Assembly (NCBI GenBank): GCA_051294375.1
Contig: CM119269.1
Coordinates: 16,000,455-16,064,454, forward strand
Length of the DNA: 64,000 bases
Origin: Paraspadella gotoi
Lineage: Eukaryota; Animalia; Chaetognatha
Reading direction: 5' to 3'
A model generated the notes under the pieces. It saw nothing but the letters and a program-made list of their open reading frames with translations. It was not told the DNA's origin and made no database searches. The position numbers and the translations under genes were made by a program. Of the stretch, positions 1 to 11,906 are shown piece by piece. The number at the start of each line of letters is the position of its first letter. The stretch's first letter is position 1.

Positions 1-92
1 TAATATTCATTCGTTCATTACAATCAGGATTACCAAAATCAAAATCCTATTCATCCATTTCTTTTCGCCTGCATGGTGAATACAGGAGAGCC

Positions 93-129
<37 letters not shown>

Positions 130-373
130 NNNNNNNNNNNNNNNNNNNNNNNNNNNNNNNNNNNNNNNNNNNNNNNNNNNNNNNNNNNNNNNNNNNNNNN
201 NNNNNNNNNNNNNNNNNNNNNNNNNNNNNNNNNNNNNNNNNNNNNNNNNNNNNNNNNNNNNNNNNNNNNNNNNNNNNNNNNNNNNNNNNNNNNNNNNNNN
301 NNNNNNNNNNNNNNNNNNNNNNNNNNNNNNNNNNNNNNNNNNNNNNNNNNNNNNNNNNNNNNNNNNNNNNNNN
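130..373. other. assembly gap (N run)
   Basis: Run of N preceded by a (GA)n tract. Confidence 0.99.
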
Positions 374-463
374 AGAATGGTTATATGGTTATATTTATAA
401 GTATCAGTAAAATTTGATTTAAAATTCTCGATCAATCTCTATTTTTGACCCAAAAAAAAATCA

Positions 464-1109
464 NNNNNNNNNNNNNNNNNNNNNNNNNNNNNNNNNNNNN
501 NNNNNNNNNNNNNNNNNNNNNNNNNNNNNNNNNNNNNNNNNNNNNNNNNNNNNNNNNNNNNNNNNNNNNNNNNNNNNNNNNNNNNNNNNNNNNNNNNNNN
601 NNNNNNNNNNNNNNNNNNNNNNNNNNNNNNNNNNNNNNNNNNNNNNNNNNNNNNNNNNNNNNNNNNNNNNNNNNNNNNNNNNNNNNNNNNNNNNNNNNNN
701 NNNNNNNNNNNNNNNNNNNNNNNNNNNNNNNNNNNNNNNNNNNNNNNNNNNNNNNNNNNNNNNNNNNNNNNNNNNNNNNNNNNNNNNNNNNNNNNNNNNN
801 NNNNNNNNNNNNNNNNNNNNNNNNNNNNNNNNNNNNNNNNNNNNNNNNNNNNNNNNNNNNNNNNNNNNNNNNNNNNNNNNNNNNNNNNNNNNNNNNNNNN
901 NNNNNNNNNNNNNNNNNNNNNNNNNNNNNNNNNNNNNNNNNNNNNNNNNNNNNNNNNNNNNNNNNNNNNNNNNNNNNNNNNNNNNNNNNNNNNNNNNNNN
1001 NNNNNNNNNNNNNNNNNNNNNNNNNNNNNNNNNNNNNNNNNNNNNNNNNNNNNNNNNNNNNNNNNNNNNNNNNNNNNNNNNNNNNNNNNNNNNNNNNNNN
1101 NNNNNNNNN
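464..1109. other. assembly gap (N run)
   Basis: Run of N. Four further gaps of exactly 25 N lie at 3107-3131, 24566-24590, 34051-34075 and 50980-51004. Confidence 0.99.
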
Positions 1110-1820
1110 AACCCATTCGCACATTGCTTAACTATTTGTAGTGGACGAATAATTGTTTTAAATTTTTAAAATGCCGAAACTAAAATCTATTTTTATTAAT
1201 TAAAATCCATTAACCGCATCTTTAACCATATAAACCTCCCAAAAAAAGGCTAAGATGCATATCCAACAGTTATAAAAACTTTTTTTTACTATTTTTCCCA
1301 TTTGCTATTTCCCAGCTTGTTTGGCTGTCTGTATTAGAAAATCGTGCAAAAAAATGACGACGAAAACGTACTTATTACAACTTACAATTAATTGATTATT
1401 ATTTAATCATTTAACTTAAATTTAAAATGAATACTTTTCCATCCCCCAAATATTCCTCATCTCCTTTTTTTCCCTTTTTTTTCTTCTCTTAAAGTCCGCA
1501 TCTCTTTTCTATCCTTACTCCCTTCCATCTTTCCTTTCCCTCCCCTTTCCCCCCTCCTGTCGGTGACCTCATCTCGCCTTCCTCCTCCCCCTTTGTATCC
1601 TCTTCCAATATTCAACCGAATTTTCACGTCGGGGTTTCGCCTCCTTTTCCTTTTTTTTTCCTTTTTTTTTTGCCACTTTTTTCTTTCTGCTTTCTTTTTC
1701 TTTTTCTTCTCCCTTTTTCGCTTTCATCTTTTTTTCATCCTTATCACCCAAAGCTTGGCCTCCCAAGGATGGAGGTCAAATTTACGCGATGGAATAAGAC
1801 GAAAAAAAAAGGAGAGGGAG

Positions 1821-2453
1821 TGGATTGGGTAAGAGGGGAGGAATGTGGGGATGAGTGTTTGGGCAAAGGGAAGAATTCTTGGATGGTAAGAGGGAGAACG
1901 TTGGCGAGAATGTTGGAAAGGAAGATTTTTTCTTGGATGGGTAAGAGGGAGGAATATGGACGAGAGTGTTTCGTAAGAGAGAAGCTGATTGGGTAACACA
2001 GGAAGTGACGAGAGTGTTTGGGCAAAAGGGAGAGAATTTCTTGGTTTGGGTAAGAGGGAGGAGATGTGGTGAGAGTGTTTGGGCAAAGGGAGAGAATTTC
2101 TTGGTTTTGGGTAAGAGGGGAGGAACGGGATTGAGAATGTTTGGCAAAGGGCGAGAATTTCTTGGATTGGTAGAGGGGGGTATTGTGACGAGAGTGTTTG
2201 GGTAAAGGGAGAGAATTTCTGGATTTGGGTAAGAGGGAGGAATGGACGAGAGTGTTTGGGCAAAGGGAGAGAATTCTTGATGCGTAAGAGGGAGGAATGT
2301 GGACGAAGTGTTGGGAAAGGGAGAGAATTTCTTGATTGGGTAAGAGGGGAGGAATGTTGACGAGAGTGTTTGGGGCAAAGGAGAGAATTTCCTGGATTGG
2401 GTAAGAGGGGAGGAATGTGACGATGAGTGTTTGGGCAGAAGGAGAGAATTTCT
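1821..2453 (+). repeat. purine-rich minisatellite, ~61-bp unit, about 10 copies
   Basis: Recurring TTGGGTAAGAGGGAGGAATGTGGACGAGAGTGTTTGGGCAAAGGGAGAGAATTTCTTGGA-like unit. It accounts for the repetitive minus-strand ORFs at 1724-2661. Confidence 0.95.
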
Positions 2454-3131
2454 CCACGAGAATTGAAGACTTACTTCGCCGTTGAATTTTTTTTTTTTTT
2501 TTGATGGATGGTCGAGGATTAAAAAGTCGACGATTCGCCCCTCGTTTCTCGAGGGCAAAGAGTCGCAACCTTTTCCCGATTTTATTACTACGAACGATGA
2601 CGAAATTTCGAGAATTTTTTTTTGTTGCCATTTTTGCGCAAAAAAAATGTTGCGCGAGCAAACTGTGCGGTGATTACATCGCAGTAGTCAATAACAGAAA
2701 TTAGAGAGACTTTTTAAAAGGGAATATGGATGATAAGTGAGATTTTATATTTTAACATCGGGAGATTCGAAATTGTACTCCCTGTAGAATCCTAGAAATA
2801 TAGAAATAAACCAATGATAGCACAACGAACCATTCTTACGATTTTTACGATTTTGATATAATAAATTATAATAGAAAAATACTGTTTAAAAAATATTTGA
2901 TAAAAGGGTTTGTCTACCCGTTTAGTACAAGTCTCCTAAAGGATATTGATATCTCTAGTTTAATACAACATGTCATATTCCGTATAATTTATATGTTACA
3001 GCATTTTTTCCCAACTGTCATAAAAATAATAAAAAGAAACTTCTATTCATCGTCGAACATTTCGAGAAGGACTAAACCCAAAGACGTTCAGAGAGAGAGA
3101 GAGAGANNNNNNNNNNNNNNNNNNNNNNNNN

Positions 3132-3215
<84 letters not shown>

Positions 3216-3812
3216 CGCTGGGGGATGGCCATATCCCGAGCCGTAAAGCGAGACCAGCCGAGTATTTGCTTTTGCAAAAGGGATGAGCTAAAGGTCGCTT
3301 TTATCCTGAAAAAGGTCATTTTGAGTCCGGACCAATCGCACGCGCTTCATGGAAAGGGGTTTGATGAAGTGGGGGAGGGGGGGGTTGGGATGGGAGGTGG
3401 GAGTGGGGGTGGGTGGGAGAATGTTGTAGGATCCTGTTCATGAAATAAGAAGAATATGAAAATATGGGAAGAACAAATGTAGGATTCGCTTGGAAGTTGG
3501 TAAGGGATGAAGGAAGGTTGGATTTCTTTTCTATTGGTGCAACGTGTGTGTTAGGGGTTGAGTCAAGGCTTTTTTAAAAAAAAGAAGTAGAGACAGAAAT
3601 TGCGAAACTGTCAACTATTCGTGAGATATTTTAGTCTTATGCTCAGTCTCAGTTTTATTTTTTTTTTTTAAATTAATGTAAGATTTATCTTAAATATTGC
3701 GATTAAACTTTTTCTTATTATGAATAGATAATTGGATATTTAAATAAGTCAGTGATTAAGAATTGATACCAATTATTTGTTTTTATTTATTAATCATTCA
3801 TTTTTTTAAAAA

Positions 3813-4391
3813 ATTAGTCTGTCTCGTTTCTTGTTGCATGTTGGACGACTATCAAGGGCGAAATTCGCTATGTCCACCGCTTCTCTCACAGATCGGGAAA
3901 CTATAACAGGTGTTCACAATTCACCATGTAACATTTTTTCCTCAATTTTACAATCACGGCGGGAGTTTTTGTCTTCTTCGTTTTCTATTTTATTCCAAGA
4001 GGTTATTTTACAGGGAAAAAGAAAGAAAAAGAAAAAAAAAAAAGAAAGAATACAAATAGAAAAAAGAAATAAAGAAGAAAGAAAGATGTAGAAAGAAAGA
4101 ATAGAGAGCTAAGAAAGAAAGAACAAGAAAGAAGAAGATAGAAAAAAAAAGATAGAAAAATGAAGCAGAAATACAAAACAGTTTTAGCCAAATAATAGAG
4201 AAACATCGTTCTTTTTTCGCTGGTGGCTCGATTTCGAATAAATTTGGTACCGATGACGTGGAATTACGTCTAGTATACCGAGATAAAAAAATCATAAAAT
4301 CGGTCCACGCGTCAAAAGTTATGGGCAAAAAAAACGGACAAAAGAATAGCGCTCCGAGGATCAACTTTCGCCTCTCAACGAGCGAAAAAGT
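3813..4391 (+). mobile_element. non-autonomous Helentron-associated (HINE/DINE-1-like) element; copies at ~14351-14939 and partial 24591-24994
   Basis: 5' hairpin TAGTC(T)GTC...GACGACTA after an A/T tract; short inverted GGCGAAA (3857) / TTTCGCC (4366); internal (GAAA)n; AAAATCGGTCCA...AAGTTATG block; 3' hairpin ACTTTCGC...GCGAAAAAGT. Family assignment is inferred from architecture only. Confidence 0.45.
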
Positions 4392-5083
4392 GGCAGTTAA
4401 CATAGATTTGAACTACTAGTACTAATCCTTAGTCCGACGAATCATGGTTAAAGCCGAAATCCTTATTCCGGAGCCAATAGAAATAAACGGAAAATTACGG
4501 AAGCTGATTACGGAAAGAAAATGTTGATATTAAAGAAAACGAATATGTTAAAAGAAAGAGGTTAATATGATACTGATACAACTTAATAAGTGATTGGATA
4601 TAATTTAATACTAATTAGGGTTTAAATTTTACTTTCGCCAACGGGGTTAGAGTTACAGTGGCGAGAGCAGCTGATCCGATTATACGTTAGAGACCGAGGA
4701 CTCTGGATAAGATTCCATGTCGCCACTTCTTTTATTTTAACGAAATGTCATTACAGTTATCTTATATAACGGTAAGTTAAAAAGTAAATCAAGTAAAAAA
4801 CCCAAAATGGCCTGCTCTGGCTGACGGGGTCAATCTTGGATCCATATCCATGATTCTTGGGGATCGAATCTTATTAATGGTACTTGGTAAATTTTATTAA
4901 TTATGCTCAGTAACTAGAAAATAAAGTAGCCCTTATTAATAAAAAAAGACGGTGAATCTATGTACAACGTAATATTAAATGACAAAGATAAAAGTATTTA
5001 AATATTAAGCTCCTATCAAATAATTTTAAAACAAATTACATGGACCAGTTCATAAAAGAATACAGTACAAGCATTTATTTAAG

Positions 5084-5275
5084 AACATCCCCACATATTT
5101 AATCAGCAAATCCTGCCAGAAATTATCCCCACATCTTTTTGCTGCGTATCATCCCCGCGTCTTTTGTGCGAATATCCCACGTCTTTTTGCTGGAATTCAT
5201 CCCCGCGTCTTTTGCTGCGAATCATCCCCGCGTCTTTTGTGCGAATCATCCCCGCATTTTTTGCCTGCGAATTCA
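5084..5275 (+). repeat. ~25-bp minisatellite (ATCCCCGCGTCTTTTGCTGCGAATC), about 7 copies
   Basis: Direct tandem units without unique spacers; also at ~15642-15840 and ~25691-25890. Confidence 0.9.
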
Positions 5276-6310
5276 TGTTAGGACATATTGATTAGAATAA
5301 ATCTTGGTTAAAAATAACTTTATCATTTATTTAATAAAATTAGCAGACGTTGATAATTTACCAATAAAATCTTATTAACAGAATGGAAATTGCTATTTTG
5401 CTATTTCATCGATGCTTAGTAGCGTTTTTATCAATTATAATCTAAGAAAATTTTGTATTATTACCCAAACCACAACATTTATTATCAGTTTAGTTTGAAT
5501 TTTTAACTATTTGATATATTCCAAATGAATTAACCTGGGATGCCGCTCCTCCACTTCCTGAGCCCAATGGTAAACAGCTGGGACCCAGTCATCCCCCAAA
5601 ACTCAGCATATATAAAAAGATAATTTGTTAAATGCCAATACACAAAAATGACAGATGTTATAAGAAAAAAAAATTTTTAAACACAAGCCGAATGATTTAA
5701 TATGATTCAAAAAATAAGGACTCGTGTCTGAAAAAGATTAAAAAAAATAGAACTATTGGAATGATATGGAATAAAAAATATTTAAATTTAATTAATCTCG
5801 CAGAGTTACTATTGAAAAAATGGAAAAAATCTTAAATCACAATGATCCATCGCCTGAATATTATCTACAAAAAAAAAAGCGATAAAGATCTGGCGAGATA
5901 AAAATAATGCGCTGATGTTTTATTTATTACAAACTTGCTGCACTATATGCCCCCTACCTCTTTGTCCGTCTCGCCACTAAGGTCGCCAGATAAGATTGCT
6001 TTGAGAAACTGGACACGGATTCTCCCTCTCCTGTTGTTCTTGAAAACTTGACAGTGGCGCAAGCTTAGACCGCCTTAGTTACTCGTGCGTCCGTCTCGCC
6101 TCAGATCGGGGCGAGACAAGGGAAGATGGCTTGGTGCGGCGGCAAAGCTGGTGGCGTGCATGGTGACAATTCTTAAAACCGCTAAAAAAAAACTGCTAAA
6201 AAAAAATACCATTTTGCAAAATCCAGAAAAAAATTAATTATTTACTATTATATACTTTATAAAATTATATTTAAATTATTATATATTTAAGCTAAAACTT
6301 AATTTTAAAC

Positions 6311-6917
6311 TTTAACCCTACCCTAATTATCTTTAACCTAACTTAACCTAACCTTAACTTACCCCCAACCTAATTTACCCCAACCTAATTTCCCTCAACC
6401 CAATTTCCCTCAACCCTAATTTCCCTCAACCCTAATTTACCCCCAACCTTAATTTACCCCCCACCCTAATTCTACCCCAACCCTGATTTACCCCACCCTA
6501 ATTACCCTAAACCTAATTCCTTCAACCTTAATTTACCCTCAACCTTATATTTACCCTAACCTTAATTAATCCCTACCCTAATTACCCCCCCACCCTAATT
6601 ACCCCCACCCTAATTTACCCTAACCTTAATTTCCCTCAACCTTAATTTACCCTCAACCTTAATTATCCTACCCTAATTTACCCCCACCCTAATTTACCCC
6701 CACCCTAATAACTCTAACCTAATTTCCCTCAACCCTTAATTTACCCTCACCTTAATTATCCCTACCTATTTACCCCCACCCTAAATTTACTCCAACCCAA
6801 TACCCGCAACCTTAATTTACCCAACCCTAATTTCCCACAACCCTAATTACCCCCCAACCTAATTTACCCCCACCCTAATTCACCCCCAAACCCTATTTAC
6901 TTCCCAACCCTAATTAC
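6311..6917 (+). repeat. C-rich ~16-17-bp minisatellite (CCCTAATTTACCCCCAA-like) containing telomere-like CCTAA/CCCTAA
   Basis: About 35 degenerate units; almost G-free on the plus strand. Confidence 0.9.
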
Positions 6918-7444
6918 TAGTTTAATCTTATTTTTTTAATTTAATTTTTTTTGCACAAAAAAGTTATAACAAAATAACGCTGATATGAAGACTTGAATTA
7001 GAATCGACAGGTCCATTTTTTTTCTTTGTGTCGACGAAAGGCTTTGAGACGGTCAGTGGAAGTCCGATTTGGCAGGACTGGGCCGCGAAGTCGAGGCGAA
7101 GAAACGGGCCTCCTCAAGAAACGATCTCAATGGTGCTGTCATAGATTCGCGATGGCCGTCGCGGCGGAACGAGCGCCAAAGCGGCAACTTTGGAGGCCCG
7201 CTCGGGGTCTTTTGCGGGATGATTAGATTGAGAAAGCTCTTCCAGTTATCGTATTTGGGCAAATAGTTCTGATAACTATATCGACTGTTAACTTAGATCG
7301 GACTCCGGCAAAACGCCCGCAGTTTTACCGAAACATCGCAATTTTCTAAAATTTTCTTAGGTGCGGTAATAACCCTTCTTTTTCGTTGTTGTATGTATTT
7401 GGCAAAATGATTTTGGTTCAAACGAATTTTATTTAAACATGAAA

Positions 7445-7484
7445 ACGTACATGTTTCGGCTTTGGATTCAAGCCTTCTCAGCGT
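7445..7484 (-). ncRNA. type I hammerhead ribozyme (left arm, unit 1)
   Basis: Reverse complement reads ACG-CTGAGA-A-GGCTT-GAATCCA-AAGCC-GAAAC-AT-GTA-CGT; one core base is missing relative to the unit 2 copy. Confidence 0.7.
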
Positions 7485-7527
7485 CAATGAATTTGTGAAA
7501 TTTTGACAGTTTTTTGTGTGAAAAAGG

Positions 7528-7564
<37 letters not shown>

Positions 7565-8020
7565 GGCTAAAGTATATCCAACACAGAGTTTCAGAAAAAT
7601 TAATAGTGTAAGTGGTGAGGACAGGTTAAGAGGAGGACAGATAGAGATTTTGTTTTAGTAGTAATAACAGTTAAACTTTATTTGTGTACATTGAAATGTA
7701 ATATTATTTTCTTCTCCCAATTGAGATCTCCTTCTCTCTCTCCCTCTCTCTCTCCCTCTCTTCTCTTCTCTTCAAATTTTTTTTTTTTTCCTTCCTTCCC
7801 TTTTCTCCCAACCCCTTTCTGACATTCATTTCTTATTCAAAACTAAAATCTCTATCTGTCCTCATTCTTAACCTGTCTCCCTCACCACTTGACCACTATT
7901 ATTTTTCTGAACTCTGTGTTGGAAACTTTGCCCTATCTCTCTTCTCTCTTTCTTCTCTCTCTCCTCTCTCTCTCTTCCCTTCTTTCACACAAAAAAAACT
8001 GTTACCAATTCACAATCATG

Positions 8021-8061
8021 ACCCTGATGAAGGCTTGTAATCCAAGCCAAACATTGTACGT
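8021..8061 (+). ncRNA. type I hammerhead ribozyme (right arm, unit 1)
   Basis: ACC-CTGATGA-A-GGCTTG-TAATC-CAAGCC-AAAC-ATT-GTA-CGT; the G of GAAA is missing in this copy. Confidence 0.65.
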
Positions 8062-9279
8062 TTTTCTAGTTAAATAAAATTCGTTGTGAAACAAAAATCA
8101 TTTTGCCCAAAATAAAATTTTCTAAAAATCTACTATTCATTATAATTTTCGTAAAAAAAAAAGAAAAAAAAATCGGGCTGGAATAATGTTTTTTTATAAA
8201 CATCGAAACATCCCAACCTCCTCTGATTTTTCGTGAACCGGGGCTGGCTCGACGGAGTTTGCCATGGCTTTCGATTTGGTTCTGGCGGGTAAGGGGGCGT
8301 AATGAAAAGTACTGCGCACATTCTAGGGCCATGTAAAGAATCGCAGAGCAAACAAAAGTCAGATTCCCTTTTTTCATATATAAAAACACGTAAATTTTCG
8401 AGGGCCACCAGAAACATAAGACAAACGCAGAAATTAATCTCTCAGTCAGTAATAGAACTAATTTAAGACTGGCCGACAACGCGGGAATTAAGCCCGAAAA
8501 AACTCGTTAACAAGTAGCGACCGACCAATTCAATCTTTAAATGGAAACAGCATTAACTAGTCCATTATTGGTTATAATTATTGTTGTTAAAATATTTTTT
8601 TGCAAAATATGTTCCGAACCAGGTTATTTTATAATCGCAAATTAATTTATTATAATTGCTAATAATGTTAAAATTTTTTTGATAAGTTTTAAGTTTTAAT
8701 TGATTATATCTGATAGAGCTTAAAAAGTTAAGCAAAAATATAATTACAACTTTTTACCGAGATTTTATCCGATTCTTACATCCTCGTTCTCAGACTCGTT
8801 TACTCTATACCTTAGAGGAAAACACCTTGCTAAAATCATCGGATGCTGGATGAATGATGATTAATTTTTAAGGTTTTTTCAATTAACCACTTATCATCAA
8901 AACTAATTTGAAAAAAGTTATCTTGTGTGTAGAAAATGAAACTTTTCATAGCCTATATTGAATTGCTTTTAAAAATAAAAAAATTCAAAAAAAAAATTTG
9001 ACATTTCCTATCTATAAATAAATCATTTAAAAATATTAAAACTAATGCTGCTGCCATTTTAGAAAATTTTGCTCCAAATTGAAAAAGTTTGTCTCGAAAT
9101 AGTGTGAAGTTCATTTGAAAGGTTCCCAACATCAAATCGGACACCCATCCCATGACGAATCCTGCTCTATTAATCAGGATTATTCTTAAAATAAACAGCC
9201 AAGCTTGGTAATAATTTAAAAAATAATTAATACCCTGTTTGTTTTGTTTAGGACAAATCAAAAAATCTATCTACCTTAT

Positions 9280-11750
9280 TGGAGGCCGCGACGCCTTCCT
9301 GTGGCGTCTCCGACCCGAGGACGCGCAGTCATCGACCTTCAGTCACAGAGATTCTCGCGCCGCAAGCGACCGTCTTTCAGTCTGGTCGCTATTTTTGAGT
9401 GGCATGCATTTCGGCTCAGGGTCTCGGTGAGAATGCAGTTCTATAAAGTCTCAAAGTTACCGAAAAGTGAATAATTCCCGTAAAAACCACGTCCCTTTGG
9501 GGTCCAATGCCGAACGCACCGCTCGTACGACCATCCCAGACGACTCGGTGAACCTTTCCGACAATACATCGGCCGACAGCTGTGAGAGGCTCAGACGCGA
9601 GCTCGTTACGGCGTCAGAGTAGCCTGTGTAATCTTCCACTTCTGCTCCTTCCTTCTAACTGTAAGAACTTCGAGGAGCTCTCATGCGTCTCTGAAGAGTT
9701 CGGCGAAGTACCCTAGTTCCATCTCGTTGGGAGCTGGCTTGTCGCACCTCCTACAACGGTGAACCTTGCAACCAGCTCAGCCCTTTTGGCCACCTTGCGG
9801 CACCAGCCCGTTCCGGTTTCTCGCCGTGGCTTGGGATCAGACCCCATCGTTCGACGCGTTTTCATAACAAAGGGACTCTCTTTTCAGAGCGAGTCCCTAC
9901 TATTCGCACGATGTTCCTCCGTTGAGGATGATCAAAGGCGTTTGGTTCTTTCTCGTTTGAGATCTGTCCCCTCGCGCGTGCTCTCCGCTCACGTCTTCGG
10001 CGCTCTCTCTCTTTTCTTTCTGGGCACTCGCTTCGGCCTACTGAGGCCGCCCTTCGGGATGCCTTCGCTCAAGTTATCAAGCCACTGCTCGCTCGACCGC
10101 GGATCATGCCGCGCGTTTTGTTTCTCCAAGCTTTTCCAAGACAGGATCGCGTTGGGCCACAAGGCCCGTCCCTTCAGGGTTGGCGCCCTGCCGGCGTCAT
10201 CGCGTGTGGCCCCATGCGGCTCGTGGGGAGTGGCTTCGAGTCCGCCGAATGTAGCCCGTCTCACGTTGTGCCTTTTGCGCCCCGATTACTGCCGCCCTCT
10301 TACTCCGTTTTCGCTCTCACGGATTTGCCGAGGCGATCCGTAAAGGCTCTTTTTTAGAGCCCCAATGTCGACGCTCCGCCAGATCTACTCGTGCCATGGC
10401 CGAGTACTCGGAAGCTAATCACCCGACAGAAAAAGCGTGAAAACCCGGGTGCAGCAATTTCTCGCCGTCCTTTGTCTCCGCGCCCGGTAGACCTGGGTCG
10501 CGGAGATCAGCCCTATCTTCGGATTTAACTTGCGTGTTCCAGTGGTAATGCTAACTCAATGGGCGAATAAATACGTAAGTATTGACCGTTCTCTCGGTGA
10601 ACTACGTGACTCGTCCCCCGGCTCAGCACACTTCGACCGAGAGTGATGCAGCGTCGCCAGTACTGGGCCCTCCAGCAGCTCTAGCGCCGATAGAGGCGAG
10701 GAATCCTGAGCCGAGAGTATTTTTTGTTGACTTTTGTTTCTGTTTCACATGTCTGGTCACAGCGCGGTGTCTCGCCTTTTGGGGAGACAAAAGCTTAATG
10801 TGGGGTGTGGCGTTTAATCAGATAAGTAATTAACATACAATCCAATTCAGACATTTCAGTATTTCATATCTCGACGTCTGAGAAAATTATTAATTCAACT
10901 GAGAGTAATAATATGTAAGCTACAGGTTGTTCCGTTCACAACGCTGCCTAACCATGCGAAACTTTCCCTTCTTGTGCGCCGATCCACTGTTAAAGCGCGA
11001 CGTCAATTTACTTGCGTTGCCGGAGAGCCCACTCCAGGTGGGGAGCTTGATGCTCTGCTAAAGACCAGAATATGGCGTGTAGCAGCGATCTTTTCTTCCG
11101 TATGCTTTTGTGACTGCATGCTCTCGATTCACCTATTCCTCCAACTAATTTTGAAAACGGACGGCAGAGGACATCTTTTTGCGAAGAAGCTGCAGCCATT
11201 AGATTCGAACCGTAAACGTAGGACCGAGTTGCTTTGTCGAGAAGCTGGGACCTGGAAATCACACGCTCTCATTAAAAGTGGAAAACAGATTGATTAAGTA
11301 TCGGATAAAAAGCACGCGTCTCAAACCAAAAGGCTTCCTGAAAATTAGAATTAAATCCAACCAAACTTTACCTTCGGTGAATTGTTTCTTTTGTTATAAA
11401 AAATAAGAGATTTTGGCTCTTTCCCGCGATCGTTAGTTTCGGTTGTCGCTGGTCTGACTCAAATTCCTCGCGCATGATCGGGTTGGCTATACATAAAGGC
11501 TTTTTAAAGGTGACGTCGCTCTATCGTTTCTTAGGAGTTCCAAACTGCGTGTAATGAGCAAAAGGTTCAACAAACCGTTCAAACCTAAAGATTCCTTAGA
11601 CTTGGCAAATCGCTTACCAAAAAATTCCTCGCCAATGAAATATTCAAGCAAAAGGTTAGTTCTCATATCGGTCCGCCTCGCCACCGAAATGCCGCGTTCT
11701 TGTTCGCGCTAGTCGATAGATCGCGCGTTGTACAGAGTAAGAAAAAACGA
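9280..11750 (+). mobile_element. decayed CR1/L2-like LINE 5' part: ORF1 with SGNH esterase, then ORF2 AP endonuclease
   Basis: Manual translation across frameshifts gives motifs in the expected order. Esterase: GSDPIVRRV (GDSIVR), SSVEDD, HVFG, RVLFLQAFPR, PDYCRP (DGxHP). Endonuclease: NANS..ANK, TES, RGV, LFRS, CVAGEP (GDFN), LQLILKT..LDS, GTWKSHALI (SDH). All motifs are degenerate. Confidence 0.55.
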
Positions 11751-11801
11751 ACAAAATGAACATCGATAGTAGATGAAAAAAAGAGAATCGCAGGGGAAGC
11801 C

Positions 11802-11906
11802 GTCACGTGACCGCCGCCGACCAATGGGAGCCCGGCAATCCCAAGCGGCTCCCTCCCTCATCCGGGTATACGGAAAGCCTCAATTCTTTTTTCGCCCGAC
11901 TCAGTC
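11802..11906 (+). promoter_or_regulatory. putative Pol II core promoter (copy at 22401-22505)
   Basis: GTCACGTGAC E-box (11802), CCAAT (11821), weak TATA (11867) and Inr-like TCAGTC (11901) in canonical order. Confidence 0.4.

Larger units (their letters stand above)
7340..8127. mobile_element. non-autonomous Penelope-like element: inverted pLTR-like arms carrying hammerheads
   Basis: Arms of ~260 bp (7398-7658 and 7838-8115) are reverse complements. Each has a hammerhead followed by AATAAA. The element is flanked by direct AATTTTCTAAAA (7340-7351, 8116-8127). Confidence 0.7.

Noticed and set aside
5084-5275. CRISPR-like ~25-bp repeats
   Set aside because: Units abut without unique spacers; eukaryotic context; no cas genes.
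5538-6060. Possible captured death-fold gene fragment (AIKIWRDKNNA...)
   Set aside because: Needs several frameshifts in indel-noisy sequence and the motif is too weak.
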